Notes under the pieces: model-generated
Told to the model about the DNA's origin: nothing
The model's input: only the letters and a program-made list of their open reading frames with translations
Database searches by the model: none
Shown here: piece by piece, positions 49,889 through 62,371 of the stretch
Layout of the letters: every line of letters begins with the position of its first letter
Position numbering within the stretch: the first letter of the stretch is position 1
Assembly (NCBI GenBank): GCA_017499595.2
Contig: CM038998.1
Location: forward strand, 3,472,001 to 3,536,000
Length of the DNA: 64,000 bases
Source of the DNA: Psilocybe cubensis
Taxonomy: Eukaryota
Direction of reading: 5' to 3'
Program-made: the position numbers and the translations under genes

Positions 49889-49899
49889 TATGAGTCATA
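49889..49899. promoter_or_regulatory. Optimal Gcn4/AP-1-type bZIP site TATGAGTCATA
   Basis: ATGAGTCAT at 49890-49898, about 107 nt upstream of the RBR paralog B ATG. Confidence 0.5.
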
Positions 49900-50387
49900 T
49901 CATGGTGCTCATGATCAGCCATTCTGACTACAAAGTCATTGGAACGCTCAGCTAGACAAACTCGAGAACTCGGCGGTGCAGATTAGTTCCTGGCGACATT
50001 GGACAGACCAAGGGAACAACAAGATTGTCCCTGACAAGCGCGAGTGCCTAGGAAAGATATACTGATATTTTAATGAACGCAATGACGCGATGATTCGGAG
50101 CATGAGTATGATGATGTGTGGTGACTCGAAAGGACCACGAAAAAATAAAAGCAGGCGCAGTGGCGGTGCCGAAGTCGGCAACTGGAAGTGTCCATCTAGA
50201 GCCAAGAGAGCAACGCCGACAGATACTGGCACTTTATCAAGATGTAAGACTAGAGGAAACCGGCGAATTATGCAGGACGGGGTGACTCAACGAAACAGCG
50301 CAGGTGAATGTTATGCAAAAAAGTGACTTGAGAACGAACTGAGACGAGTTCGACGCCTACCCACGCCTCAAGTTATAAAACCTCAGA

Positions 50388-50398
50388 TTAGGGTTAGG
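50388..50398 (+). promoter_or_regulatory. Telomere-repeat-like promoter element TTAGGGTTAGG
   Basis: Perfect 11-nt telomeric match about 60 nt upstream of the URB2 ATG. Confidence 0.45.
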
Positions 50399-50458
50399 TT
50401 TTCGCCTCATTCAGAAAAAAAGTAGCAACCTGAACTTGCTTATGCCTTGCACCCAAGA

Positions 50459-53400
50459 ATGTCTGAGCAGATACAACATTATAACTTAACGTCCTCTCAG
50501 GACTTTGTACGGTCTCTGAAAGCTTCATCTGATCCGCCAGTAACAGGAGGCCCCTTTAAAATAGACATTGCTCGACAATGCTGGAACAACACATCATTTT
50601 ACGTACCCAGCAAGGCAGAAGTCATCTCAGAATGGGTGTTCACCAAATTGATTAAGGATAAAGGGAAAGATTTGTGAGTAAGGTGTTCCCCTTGCTGTAA
50701 TCTTTAAAATGTATTTGGCGAACAGATCCTCGAATCCACTCTTTGACGCCCGTTACTGGGACCTCGTCGCATCCCTACTAAACACTCGAAATCCCCCTTT
50801 CAAGTCATCAGAAACGCGCTCCCCAAACGCGTGGTTAACACCACTTTTGCATCGCTTAGCATTTGGACCTGTAATGGTGGCGTTCTTGACCGCGTTTGGC
50901 GCTGTCGAGGAAAATCAGCAAAGGAAACTTGCAGGGCTGGTCAGCACTTGCCTCAACACAATTTGGCCCATAGTGGTGCAAAGAATGTCCGCTGAAAACT
51001 TACAAGAATGTTTTGGAGCACTTCTATGCGCACTGTCTTCTGTACAGGCGGATGATGGAATTATAGCAATCGGCCAGCTGGTGTCTGTATCTTATCGAAA
51101 CTCCTTGGCGAATTCGTCGAACAAGAGAAAGGTACTTTTTACGTTTTGGTGTGCCGGTATTTTACCAACTTCATCTATATATACAGCTGCATCAAATTTT
51201 TTTGCAATCTCATCTCAAACTGTGGGTTCAAAGTCTGGCGTTGAACGGATCGCAGAATGAAAAACTGTTGAAAGACGCCGTTCTCGAAGCTGGCATGGAA
51301 ACTCTTTTCAACCTTGATATCCTAAGGCAAAGTCAAGATTCAAAGGCCGGAAACCCGCTTATAGAACGACTTCTGAAACTAGTCCCGGAGAACAGAGACA
51401 TTGTTTATGGAATCCTGCCTGATTTATTTAGCCACTGCATCTCCGCGACGAAGAAAAACAGAGGAGCACTTTTTAGTCAAGGATCCCAGTCGCAGCCAGG
51501 AGCTTCTTTGGAGCAACTCCATGAAGCCTGTTTACGATTCGTTTTGGCCTTGTTTTCTTTGGTTGACCATGGACATCAAGATCATCATGCGTGGAGGACG
51601 AGGTTTGCGCTTCTGAACATAATTGACCAGGAAAACCTTTTCGATCGAACCCAATTAGAAGCTCAAATGACATTCAATGAAATTCTTGAACTCGTCATCG
51701 TAGCGTTGAACGACGGTTGGCAAGGTAAAAATATTTTTCACCAGTATACTGTGTTTTTTAAATTTTCTATACGAGCAGAAGAGCGAATTAAATGCACTAC
51801 AACAGCAGTTGAATGTCTATCGACAATATCCCGGATCGACTATGATATCGTAATTCCCTTTGTACCTCGCATACTGCCCCTCCTTCTCCAAGTATGCATT
51901 TTTCAGTCTCCGTGGCCTCCAAATTGACACTATGTGCTAGATTCCTATACTAAGTGGAGAATGCTTCCGCTTTTTGGATATCCAAATTGCCTACCACACA
52001 AAAACGAGGACTATGGGAACCCTAGTGCAAGACCTCTTTTCTTCCCTCTCGAACCAACCACCAAATCTTCATGGATCGCTAGAGCGATATCAACTTTTCC
52101 TTTCGAGTCCTGTCATGCATGATCAGTATCTAGGTAGACTCTCAAATGCTTTGCACATATTCCTAACCCAGAGCCAGTGTCTACCTGCTCTAAACCTAGT
52201 GCTTGACCTCGTAAAAGTTAAATGGGATACTTTGCTTTGCAGCACCACCCGAAGAAACACAGAATCCACCGAAGGGCCTCGCAAAAAGCGAAAATTATCA
52301 TCAGACCCCGAAACCAATCCTGACACAACGGCTGTTACATACTCACTCGTTTGTCGACTGGCTTCAGTTGTTTTGTCTTCCTTACCAGTTCCCTCGCTTT
52401 CTGCGGATGCGCTAGAAGATACACAACGATTGTTAAACGAGTTCAGGTCTGGTTTCCTTCATCAATCACTCGCAAAATCTATGAAAATTGTGAAGAAGCA
52501 AGGTAGTGCCAATGCATGGTGTTTGGAAATCGCCATTGCTGCCAATCTTCGCTTGCTATATGCTCTCAACGTTTCGAAAAATCTTTATCTTCCTCTGGCG
52601 CATGATGACAAGGTTGACAAAAGGGTGCTAGATTTAACAGCCAAAAGTGAGGTTTTGCCGGAATTGGTTCTTGAATTGGTATGTGTATTGAATGGGATTC
52701 CGCTCATAGACTGATTTCTACTCTACCTTAGTATCGGAATATTCTATACAATCTGTCTATACGCGACACATTGGATCACACACAACTTCTTGAACGGCTT
52801 TTTGAGTACCTTTCAAGACACTTCACTGCCAGCGACGTTCAATGGTCTGGTCAAGTTCATCATTTAACGAACGGAGAACCCGGAAGAGCAGAATCTTCGC
52901 TTGCTTTACTGCATTTGGTATTAGAAAGATGGCTTGATGTCATCGAGTAAGTGTTGAAGTTTAAAAGACATATTAATGCATTAATCATTCCTCTTGTAGT
53001 CGTTTGGCATCACCGGAACAGATCGAAAAGCTACTCAAAATTATCATCTCTATTAATTTGATACCTTCAAGTAGTTCAAGCCAGCAAGTAAAACCGGAAG
53101 ATATTCTTCTTGGTGTTTTGCACTCTGCCCAGTTTTGGGAGTTCCAAAACATTCGTGGTGAGTAACGTATGGCTACAAATCCCAAGTTGATACTCAGTCC
53201 AACGTAGCTGTGTTTTCAACCCTTCTTGATAAGAAAACCACATTTTTAGATCCTTCCAGCTCCAAAAGTCCGAAGCCGGCGTCATTGCTCGACAAATTGT
53301 CAATTTACCGTTATTTGCTCTTATTTCCTATGGAATACTTTCCCTGGAAATTGTTGAACGATCTGATGAAGCGTGCTCTAGCAGCGGATTCTATGATTAG

Positions 53401-55502
53401 TCGCTTGCTGCCTAGGAATGATATAAAAGGAATCAATACTTTGACAGTTCTTCGCGTCTTTTTGAAGCGAGCCTATATACACCGCGGTTTTATCTCGCAA
53501 GACTCCGTATGTCCTATGATGTCTTTTCCGCTGCTATTTTCTGACGATGGCTGTGGTAGGACCAAGAATCGACAGACTATTTGTTACACCTGTTACGACC
53601 AGCAGCAGTTAACAATCATTGCCCCATTGATTTTATCAAGGCTACTCTTGATCTAGTTGAATTATATTTTTCGTAAGTAGAATACAATCCAACTCATAAT
53701 TACAACTCATCATTTATCTCAGAAAAATGCTGAAAAACGTCAAAAACAATGGTTCGAAGTGTATTCTTGATGTTCTCAAAACATTTACACCCGATACCAT
53801 TAATACTTCCACGCTTCAGTCTTCAAGTTTTATATCCATTGTAAATTTACTGGAGCGTGAGTTCCCATCAAACAGTCTGCCAGAAGAAATACTGGCCACC
53901 CTTGTTACGATCCATTCTCAATTATCATCAACGTTGATTCCAAGGATCACTCATCTCGATGATAAGAATATCTCAACCGAGAGTATTAAAATATACAGCA
54001 ACCTGGTTTCTGGATGGTACAGCGTGCTCGGCCTGGGAAAATGGTTGGCACCAAGTGGACATACAGGTAAGATACCGAAATTTATTGGTTTTCGAGATAT
54101 CGACTTACCTTCAGGTAGTTCAACCCGAACCCACAATGGGAGAAAAAATTACCTCCAATGTAGTGAAATATGCAAAGCAAGATATTGGAAATAGGAATGG
54201 CGAATTAGATGGCCTTTGCTCCAATACTTTTGCTGTTCTCTTGCAAGAGCTCGGGTCTCGGCCATTAGCAGAACACGCAGGACATCTCGATGTCGTTCTT
54301 GCCACCTACATCTCTTTCTGCAACATAATTAGCCATTCCAGTGAGTTCTAAGCATTTATTTTCTGATAGTTATCATTAAGCTGAATGGCCAGATCGAAAT
54401 ACCATCGATTCATATCTCGCCAAGCACTCAAGAATGATGGAAATATCTGATTATCTTCACACTTTGTCACTCATCGCCGACTCACTTGCCTCAGATGTGC
54501 AACTGCTCTCCTCCAATCATTTGCTACACTTGGTTCATTTAGCATCAATCATGCTTCATGATCATCCAACTCGTGAGCTGACACCTGCCGATTTTAGCCT
54601 TGATTGCAATCGCATTGACCAAACTTTTACAGATGCTCTGGTCTATATACAGAAATTTACAACGCGGTGCATCAATATCTTTAATGAAAATCCTATCTTC
54701 GTCAAAGGTCCTATTGATCTGCGTCTGCAGGTGTTGGAATTGATATCACAGCATTGTTCAGGCCAGGTATTAAATTCAAATTTTTTGTGTACTAGAACAA
54801 TTATTGATAACGATGTGCTTTATGCAGCCAGCGGCATTGCGTTCAATAGACACCACTGGAGTTTGGCTGTTCCTGTTCAAGCATCTAGCTCCTTCTCAAG
54901 AACACGACGATACGACTGAACCAGCTATCTTCCATAAGATAGTTTCAATTCTGAGCTCGCTCATTCGCCTTCGTAGAGACCTTGTCACTCACGCTCTTCC
55001 TCATCTCGGTATGGTTCTACGCCGGCTGATCTTATGCACCCGCGCCTGCCGGTCGCAGCTCGGTGCAAAGCAAACATCGATAATCATGGCGACACAGCCT
55101 CGATGGGTCAGTGCCTCTCACCCGCTAGGTGGAGAAGAGGCTAAAGCGCTTGGCCGCCTCCTTGAGAACCTGAACACGAAGACGACAGTGAGGTCGTTTG
55201 CGTCGATATCGTCATCCATAACGACTGCGGAGCCACAGAAGGCAGAATCTCTTTCGAAGCCATTTTCAAAGCATGCGGCGTATGTTCTAGAGGCGTACAT
55301 TGAGGCGATGAACGACCCACTGTGTGTACTGTCGCTGGAGGTGCGAAAGGAATTGCAGCCGGGGATGTTTGCGCTATGTGGTATGATGAGTGAGCATAGT
55401 CGTGATGCGCTGATGGCTTCTGCGCTTGATACAGGTGGAAAGGCCACGTTAAAAGCGCTGTGGAAGGATTATGAAAAACAGAGATATGTTGGAAAGGGTT
55501 AA
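50459..55502 (+). CDS. URB2: Nucleolar pre-ribosome factor Urb2/Npa2
   Basis: Large helical multi-exon protein; C-terminal Urb2-type domain PFSKHAAYVLEAYI..ELQPGMFALCGMM..LDTGGKATLKALWKDYEKQRYVGKG. Confidence 0.85.
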
Positions 55503-55843
55503 TTGGCCTACCAATTTTCATGGGTATCTCGTTATTTTTTTTCTCGCGCTCATTAGTACATAAATGCTTTATTTAGAAATTGAATTGATGTCAAATGGCT
55601 TCCGAGAATGCACTGGTTATCATAGTCCATGGCATACTGATAACGACTTTAAAGTCATATTTCATGTCCTGTAATAACCACAGGTGCAAGCCCAATATCG
55701 ATTAAAGCTAGTTCTATACTTTTACCTGGCTATTAAACGCGATCGACTTGGTGTCGTGACGTCATACAGATCGAGAAGTCTCGACGCGACCACCAGGAGT
55801 CTAACAACACATTTCACCACGATAAACTCAGGTCGAGGCGGAC

Positions 55844-57099
55844 ATGAATAGGCAGATTTCCTCGCTATGCTTGAAGCGCCTTCCTGAGGCCAGCATTTTG
55901 CAGTCTGCTCGAAGGAGATGCCTTGCCACCGTTTCATCATCTTTGATTGTACAACCTCCGCCGCCGCCCCCACCCCCTGTCGAATTCCCAGTAGAGCGGA
56001 GCAGGGAATTACCAGAGAGCGTGCCACCGTTACTCGATCACAGAATACTCCAAGCTACCTCTAAGCCAGGACGAACGACTCTCACCAAGATCATCAAAGA
56101 ATACGTCAATACATCTGGAAAGGTTCTGGATCTTGCGTTGCCATATGAATCAAGACCTTCAGAGGCTCGACGGCCAGATTTTACCAACGAGATAGATAGC
56201 TGCAAAAATGTGGTTACTGTTGCACATTGCGCGCAGGTTGGCACTGAGCATAAGATAACGCTTTCGTCAGGCTTTGCGCTTAATATCGATGATCGCAAAG
56301 CTGTCGCGAAAGGCGAAACACTTATCGTAACTTGTGCTCATACCCTGGAGGAAGTGAGTTTGCGCTGTTATCGTTTGGCAGGTTCTGAGTTTTTAACAAC
56401 GATGGAATGAGTAGATTCGACAGTCGCCGCTATTGGTGACGCCTGTCCATGGGACGACAAAAAAGTACACAGGTTCATTCATCGTGACTGGAACTGGTGC
56501 TGCGCTGGAGGTCTACCCGGTTTCTCATGTGCTTTCAGCGCTTCCTCGTTCGGATTTGATTCTATTGTCTTGTCCATTGCCTCCAAATGCAATGAACAGT
56601 TTACCTCTGTCGCCCTATCCGGCCCACAAGGACACGCCCATTCGAGCGCATTTTGTGGCACAAGAGAAACCGGATGACACCGGATGGATGCCCTGGATTG
56701 GGGGTACTTGGGGTAAATGGCACCATGGAAAGGTGCTCGGATATCGCGACTTTGCTGGACGCGAAACCGAGGCGAGTTCTACTTGTGATGGACATGCGAC
56801 AAGAACTGAAAGAATGTTGTAGCCCGGCACTTACGATGCGTTGTCTCACCTTCTGTTTACACCTTTACCGACTGCTGGGTCAAGTGGCGGACCTATTGTC
56901 GACGAGGAAAGCGGGGCGGTGATTGGTGTCATGCTTGGTACAAGGATGGATAACAGGGTTGAAGGCGTCAGGGGCTGGGGTGTGCCTGCAGAATCCGTCT
57001 TTGAGGTTGGTAACAGCGACCAAATCTGTTTATCCTCTCAATTGACCACCAACTGTTTCCTAGATGTTCAGTTTGCCTGGCTTAGAAGGCAAAAAATAG
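55844..57099 (+). CDS. Trypsin-like (HtrA-related) serine protease with mitochondrial-type presequence and no PDZ domain
   Basis: Triad motifs VTCAH, RSDLILL, AGSSGGPIV; one GC-AG intron (56772-56822); ends VFE|MFSLPGLEGKK-stop. Confidence 0.8.
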
Positions 57100-57890
57100 T
57101 TAGAGAAGAATATATTAGATGCGATATAATTGAAAGGCAATGTAAAATATTTTTCTAGAGCAAGATTCGGAAAAATGCCTCAAGGTGATCGGGGTCCTTG
57201 GAAAAGCAACTGACCAATGGCAGAAATGCGTGACGCTTAAAGGCCTCATCACATCAAAAACGACGCAGTCACTCTATAAAAGCCTCAAGCACGCAACTCC
57301 ACCATGCTCTTGTGCTTTCTTTCCCTCCCTCCACCCTTTTCTCTCCATTCCCTCCTCTTTCCCCCGCTTTTACCCACTTTCCCCTGTGTATTTGGCCTAT
57401 TGCTATATCTTTGGTCGTACTTGTGTACTCCGGTTGCCTTTCAGGACTTGTATTGGAAGGGTATATGAATGTATTCATTGCTCTTCACTTTATCTAACTC
57501 CTTCATGGTGCGTCTCGCTATCCTTTTCTTCTCTCAGTTGGTTTTAATGTACCACCTAGTCATCTACTCTTCACCTCCTCACGTGAATCTCACTATCATG
57601 ACAGGGCTGCTCACTGCCGTCATGGACCGTGAATGTGTTATCTTTCCACTCACTGCCCTCTGTATACTCCTGCACCAATCTCGACGACAATTTTCCGGTC
57701 TCGGCTGAATGACTCCTCCGTGCTGACCAACAGGAGGCTTGTTTGTCATTTCTTCATCGTCATCAAGGGTCCATCATCACTTCTTGTCTGTTCCTCGTTG
57801 TCATCGATAGGCATGATGCGAACCGTCGCCAATCGCATGTGGCCCCAACCCAACATATCATTTCTCATGGGAGAGGTCACAAGGTCGTCG

Positions 57891-57942
57891 AGTTCCCGAG
57901 TCAAAAGCTGGCTCGGGAACCCTTGGCTCTGACTCGGGAACT
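57891..57942. repeat. Perfect 13-bp inverted repeat with a third internal partial copy
   Basis: AGTTCCCGAGTCA (57891-57903) and TGACTCGGGAACT (57930-57942); GCTCGGGAAC at 57911-57920 in the loop. Confidence 0.8.
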
Positions 57943-59300
57943 GCTAAGACGTTAAACCTGGTGGACAAATCGAAATTTCGGAAAATTGGGCCTGGGCAGC
58001 TGCAGGGTTAGAATCGAATGAGTAAGTTCCAAGTCCAGAAGGACTGGATTCCTGCCAGGCTCAAAATATGCTCGTAAACGTTGGTGGTACTGGATCCCTG
58101 ATAATACGCTGCACTTGTGGAAATTATCGCCGATTTTTTGCTATTCTCTTTTGGTCTTTATCGTGTTGTTCGCTGTATTATGTCTTGGCTCGGCGTGCAC
58201 GTTCGTTCTATTGATCTTCTTGTGACTTAACCGGTGCTCTGGTACTTACTCTCGTCATTTTTTCGTCCAACTGTACGGACACATTCACGTCATACTCCGG
58301 AAGACATGCCATTATTTATTTGGTGAAGAAAGAGGGGGTCTTTGCATCCCAGTCTTTTCATTTTTTTTTAAAAAAAGTGTATTTCCCGTTATCTTGTATC
58401 TTAATGTCGTTGTCAATTTTATTTCTTAATCATTCGGTTTTCGACTTTCCCTCTGAGTTAGAGCAAATCTATATTCCAACGATGGTTTGTTCCCTTGTAA
58501 TATCGTTAAGCAGCCTACTTCAAATCGTTACTATCTTCAATTTCCAAGAATATAAGCCAAAAGCTGTAAGCAAAAGTCATCGAATGTTTATTCATCTCAG
58601 TAAATCTTGCACAAACGCAATAACTTATCTCCGTACTTCACTATTCGTGGTGAACGGTGTGTACATTTGTGGAATCTTTAGGTTGAACGAGGACATTTCA
58701 AGTTAATAGAAGAGTACTAGTACGTAGACGGATGAAAGAAGGCCGCGTTGAAAGACTTCCGAGGTACAAGAACCCCAAGCGACGCAGATGACTCCAAATT
58801 TAGAGAAATAAAAATGGGTGTGGCACTTGTGTCGTGAGTGTAATTGGACTATTTGGCAGGCCCAGACGGACCGCCAGAGATGCAGCGCTAATTGTTTTGG
58901 ATTCGTTCGAAGAGGTAATTGTAATACTTGTGGGTCCAAGGTCTGTTGCGTTGAGTCAGCGTTAGGTTGAATGCCCAATGACTCAAAAGGTAGCTTGGTG
59001 AACAAATACGGGAACCGGTGCTTGTTTTGGAAATAGTTTGTACGGGATGTTTTTGGCCTGTGGACGACGGAATGAGCACGTTTCCGTCCTCAACCACAAG
59101 TGCGGCGGTTCCATGTACGGTGAAGACGGAGAAAAACAAAAGAGGGAAGATATAGTGACTTCATAGGCCTAATCAGGAAGCTGACCAATCACATTTTATG
59201 GCGCACCTCTGTTGGTGCAGCAAGCCTTGACTCTCGCGCAGTGCAGTCTTCTGACTCTTTCGACCACCTTTTGTGCTTGGAATCCTATACCTCATATCCT

Positions 59301-62300
59301 ATGGTGCTCGTCGATACAGAATCTGCCTCACATCTCAAACCATGGCTTGTCAGAACTCTTGAACCCATGTTCGTTTATTTATTCTTTCATTTTTCGCCTG
59401 TTCTTTGCTAATTTCATATGTCCTTGTTTTTAGATGCGATGCAGAGCCAGGCGCTTTGGCAGACTATATTCTTGCCCTACTGCAACACAATGTCCCCGAA
59501 AACGAGATGCGAGAAGAACTGGCTGTTCAGCTCGATGAATTTCTCGAAAAAGGTCTGTCTGGGCCGCTCAAATGAGCAATAGAGCGATGGTTTTGACCTC
59601 TTTTACCGCCTTTTTTTCCAAGCAGAGTGCAGCTCATTTGTTGATACGCTGTTCACCGTCATCCGCACGAAATCGTACATGCCCTACAGCGCCATTCCGT
59701 CCCCCAAACCACAAGATAGTGGAATCCCAATCCCATTAGACGCCCTGCTGCCATCGCCGTCAGACAGAATACGGAAGCGGAGTACGACCGATGATGAGCG
59801 TGATGGACGTCCGCCTGCAAAGGGCCCACGGCTGAATACCGACGGTCAGTTTTCGCGGTATGGCAATGGAGGGGACGGCCGTATGGGTGCTCAGTCTTCC
59901 GGAGCGTGGGGCCGCCCGCCAGTCGATAGGTTCGGCAACGGGGGAATGGGCATGGGTATGGGTGGATATCCTGGGCAGATGGTTGCAATGGGTATGAACG
60001 GGATGAATGGCATGAACGGTATGGGGCTCATGAACGGCAGGAGACCACAGGGATACCAACCGCCAGACCAAAAACGAGGTGTCTGTCGGGATTATCACAG
60101 TGCGTTTCCCTTTCTTCCCTGTTTTGTGATCACAGCTCATCTGATTGTATACTCAGATAACGGATACTGCGCGCGCGGTGCGACGTGCAAGTACAGCCAT
60201 GGAGATGACGCTGTCGTCCCAGGGCAACTATTCCCTGGTGCTGGCATGCCTTTCATGCCCATGTTCCCCGGTGGCCCTACTGGGATGCCTTTCATGCAAA
60301 ATGCTGCTTACGACCCACATGAAGCCAGAATGGATATGAGACCAATGGGCGGCCGTCCACCCCACCAGCGGGCGCCTTTATTGCCCAGAATACAGCAGGA
60401 AGATGGAAGCAGAGTGGTCCACCCCATTAATGCGTCCGGAGAGCTTCCTGTGATCCAAGATTTAACTCCAATCGTCCCTCAAGACGCCCCGTCGCTTGAA
60501 CCATTACCACACGGAGACGTCGACATGCACCAGGTCAATAACCAAGGTCCATCGGTGAACCCCCCTCACCTCGGAGGCGGCTACAATCCCATGATGAACA
60601 ACATGAACGGGGGATATCTACCAAACATGGACGTCGATAACAATGCGCATATGCCCGGGATGCGCCCACCGACGCTAGGTCGTGGTCAAGGGCAGTATCG
60701 TGGTGGGAGAGGTGGTCCTGGAGGAAGAGGACGAGGTACATTTGGCGGTGAAGTGCACAACTTCCGCCCAGAAAAACGTAACGACAAAACATTGGTCGTA
60801 GAAAAGATCCCTGAAGACAAGCTGTCATTGGAAGGCGTGAATGACTGGTTTAAGCGCTTCGGGACTGTAACGAACGTCGCGATTGACCCTACGAATGCAA
60901 AGGCTCTGGTGAGCTTCTCAAACCATGATGAGGCGCATGCTGCGTGGAAGTCAGAGGACGCTGTATTTGGGAATAGATTCGTGAAGGTGTTTTGGCATCG
61001 TCCGATGGAGGGACATGGTCAGATCGGGCAGCGCATGTTGGCTGCATCTGCGCCACTTGTAGCTAATATGACTTCGAAATCGGCCTCCCCTGCTCCTCAG
61101 CAGCAACCTCCATCTGCGGGACCTGTTTCGACTTCGACAACACCTGCCGCCGCCGCTGCAGGAGCGAGCGCGACGCCACGTAAATCTGCAACGCCGGCTA
61201 CCTCTTCAGCAGCAACCTTAGCGATCGAGGAGAAGCGGCAGCAGCTCGAGCAGACGATTGCTGAACAAAATGCGCTGATTGCATCGTATTCCACTGCCCC
61301 GGCAGATGAGAAAAAGGGAATCATGGCGCGATTAAGGAAGATAGATGAGGAGATGAAGGCGTTGAAGGAGTCGATTTCATCCTCTTTACCACCCGCGGCG
61401 TCCACATCCGCCAGTTCGAGTAGCACAGCAGCTGCATCTGCGAAGAAGTCCGTGAATACTACGGCAGACCGCGAGAGATTGGAACGCGAGCGGTTGGATA
61501 AAGAGTTGGATATGCCCAATGGTACGGGCACCAGTGAAGGTGGCGGAGAGACTACGGAGGATCTGAAGGCAAAATTGGAAAAACTAAAGGCAGAGGTACG
61601 TTTTGTCTGGACATTTTGGCCTTTTTCAGAGCGCTTATATTTATTCTATCTTTACTTTAGGCTGCCAGTCTAGGATTGGACTCTGCGCTGCCGTCATCAT
61701 CTTACAGAGGAGGATATCGAGGGCGGGGAAGAGGTGCTCCTCGGAGTTACTTCCGTGGGGCTACTATGCGTGGTGGCCCTCCTCGCGCAAGCATGAAGTT
61801 GGATAACCGTCCAAAAAAATTGCTCGTGAAAAATGTGCCTGAAGATTCCGCTCAAGCGTTGAGGGATTGGTATGAGGTACGTTGAGGTCTTCTTCCATAC
61901 TGTGAACCCTGTTCTGATCATTTTATTTTATCACTTAGACCACAGGTCAATTGGAGTCTGTTGAACCTGTAGATGGTGCTGGCGGAAGCACATATATTGT
62001 GTCATTCAAGTCTAGATCTGCGGCGGAAGCGGTAATTGAGTTGTTTAATCTTATCTGTTCATCTTGTTGATATTTTCCTCTCTATATAGGGTCTGTCAAA
62101 AGGTGCCAATATCCCAATTGTTGGTTCTGTACAGATATCGTGGTATACTGGAAAAGAGGGAGCTAGCACTGTGACACCAACACAAACAACGAAGGCCCTT
62201 CCTAGCGAGTCGAGTAGTAGTGCACCTGCTGCAAGTCATAGTTCTGAATATGGACATGAAGCACCACCACGATCGCCAGAAAGCCATGCTGCGCATCATC

Positions 62301-62371
62301 TACACGAGGAAGAGATTATTGCTAGCGGGTGGGGAGGAGGTGACGATGAAGATGGCATGGGTCTGCTGTAG
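59301..62371 (+). CDS. RBM26/RBM27 (Rmn1)-like PWI + CCCH zinc finger + RRM protein
   Basis: PWI LKPWLVRTLEPI|CDAEPGALADYILALL; CCCH CRDYH..GYCARGATCKYSH; RRM TLVVEKIP..FKRFGTVTNV..VFGNRFVKVFWH; second RRM LDNRPKKLLV; RGG tracts. Confidence 0.88.

Noticed and set aside
49948-50326. ORFs in the RBR-B / URB2 intergenic region
   Set aside because: Short, motif-free and overlapping probable promoter elements.
429-55502. HAS1, UTP4 and URB2 as a ribosome-biogenesis gene cluster
   Set aside because: Widely separated by unrelated genes; this functional class is large enough that three in 64 kb is unremarkable.
58320-59139. ORFs of 83-128 aa upstream of the RBM26-like gene
   Set aside because: Non-ATG starts, no intron-linked continuation, no recognisable protein features.
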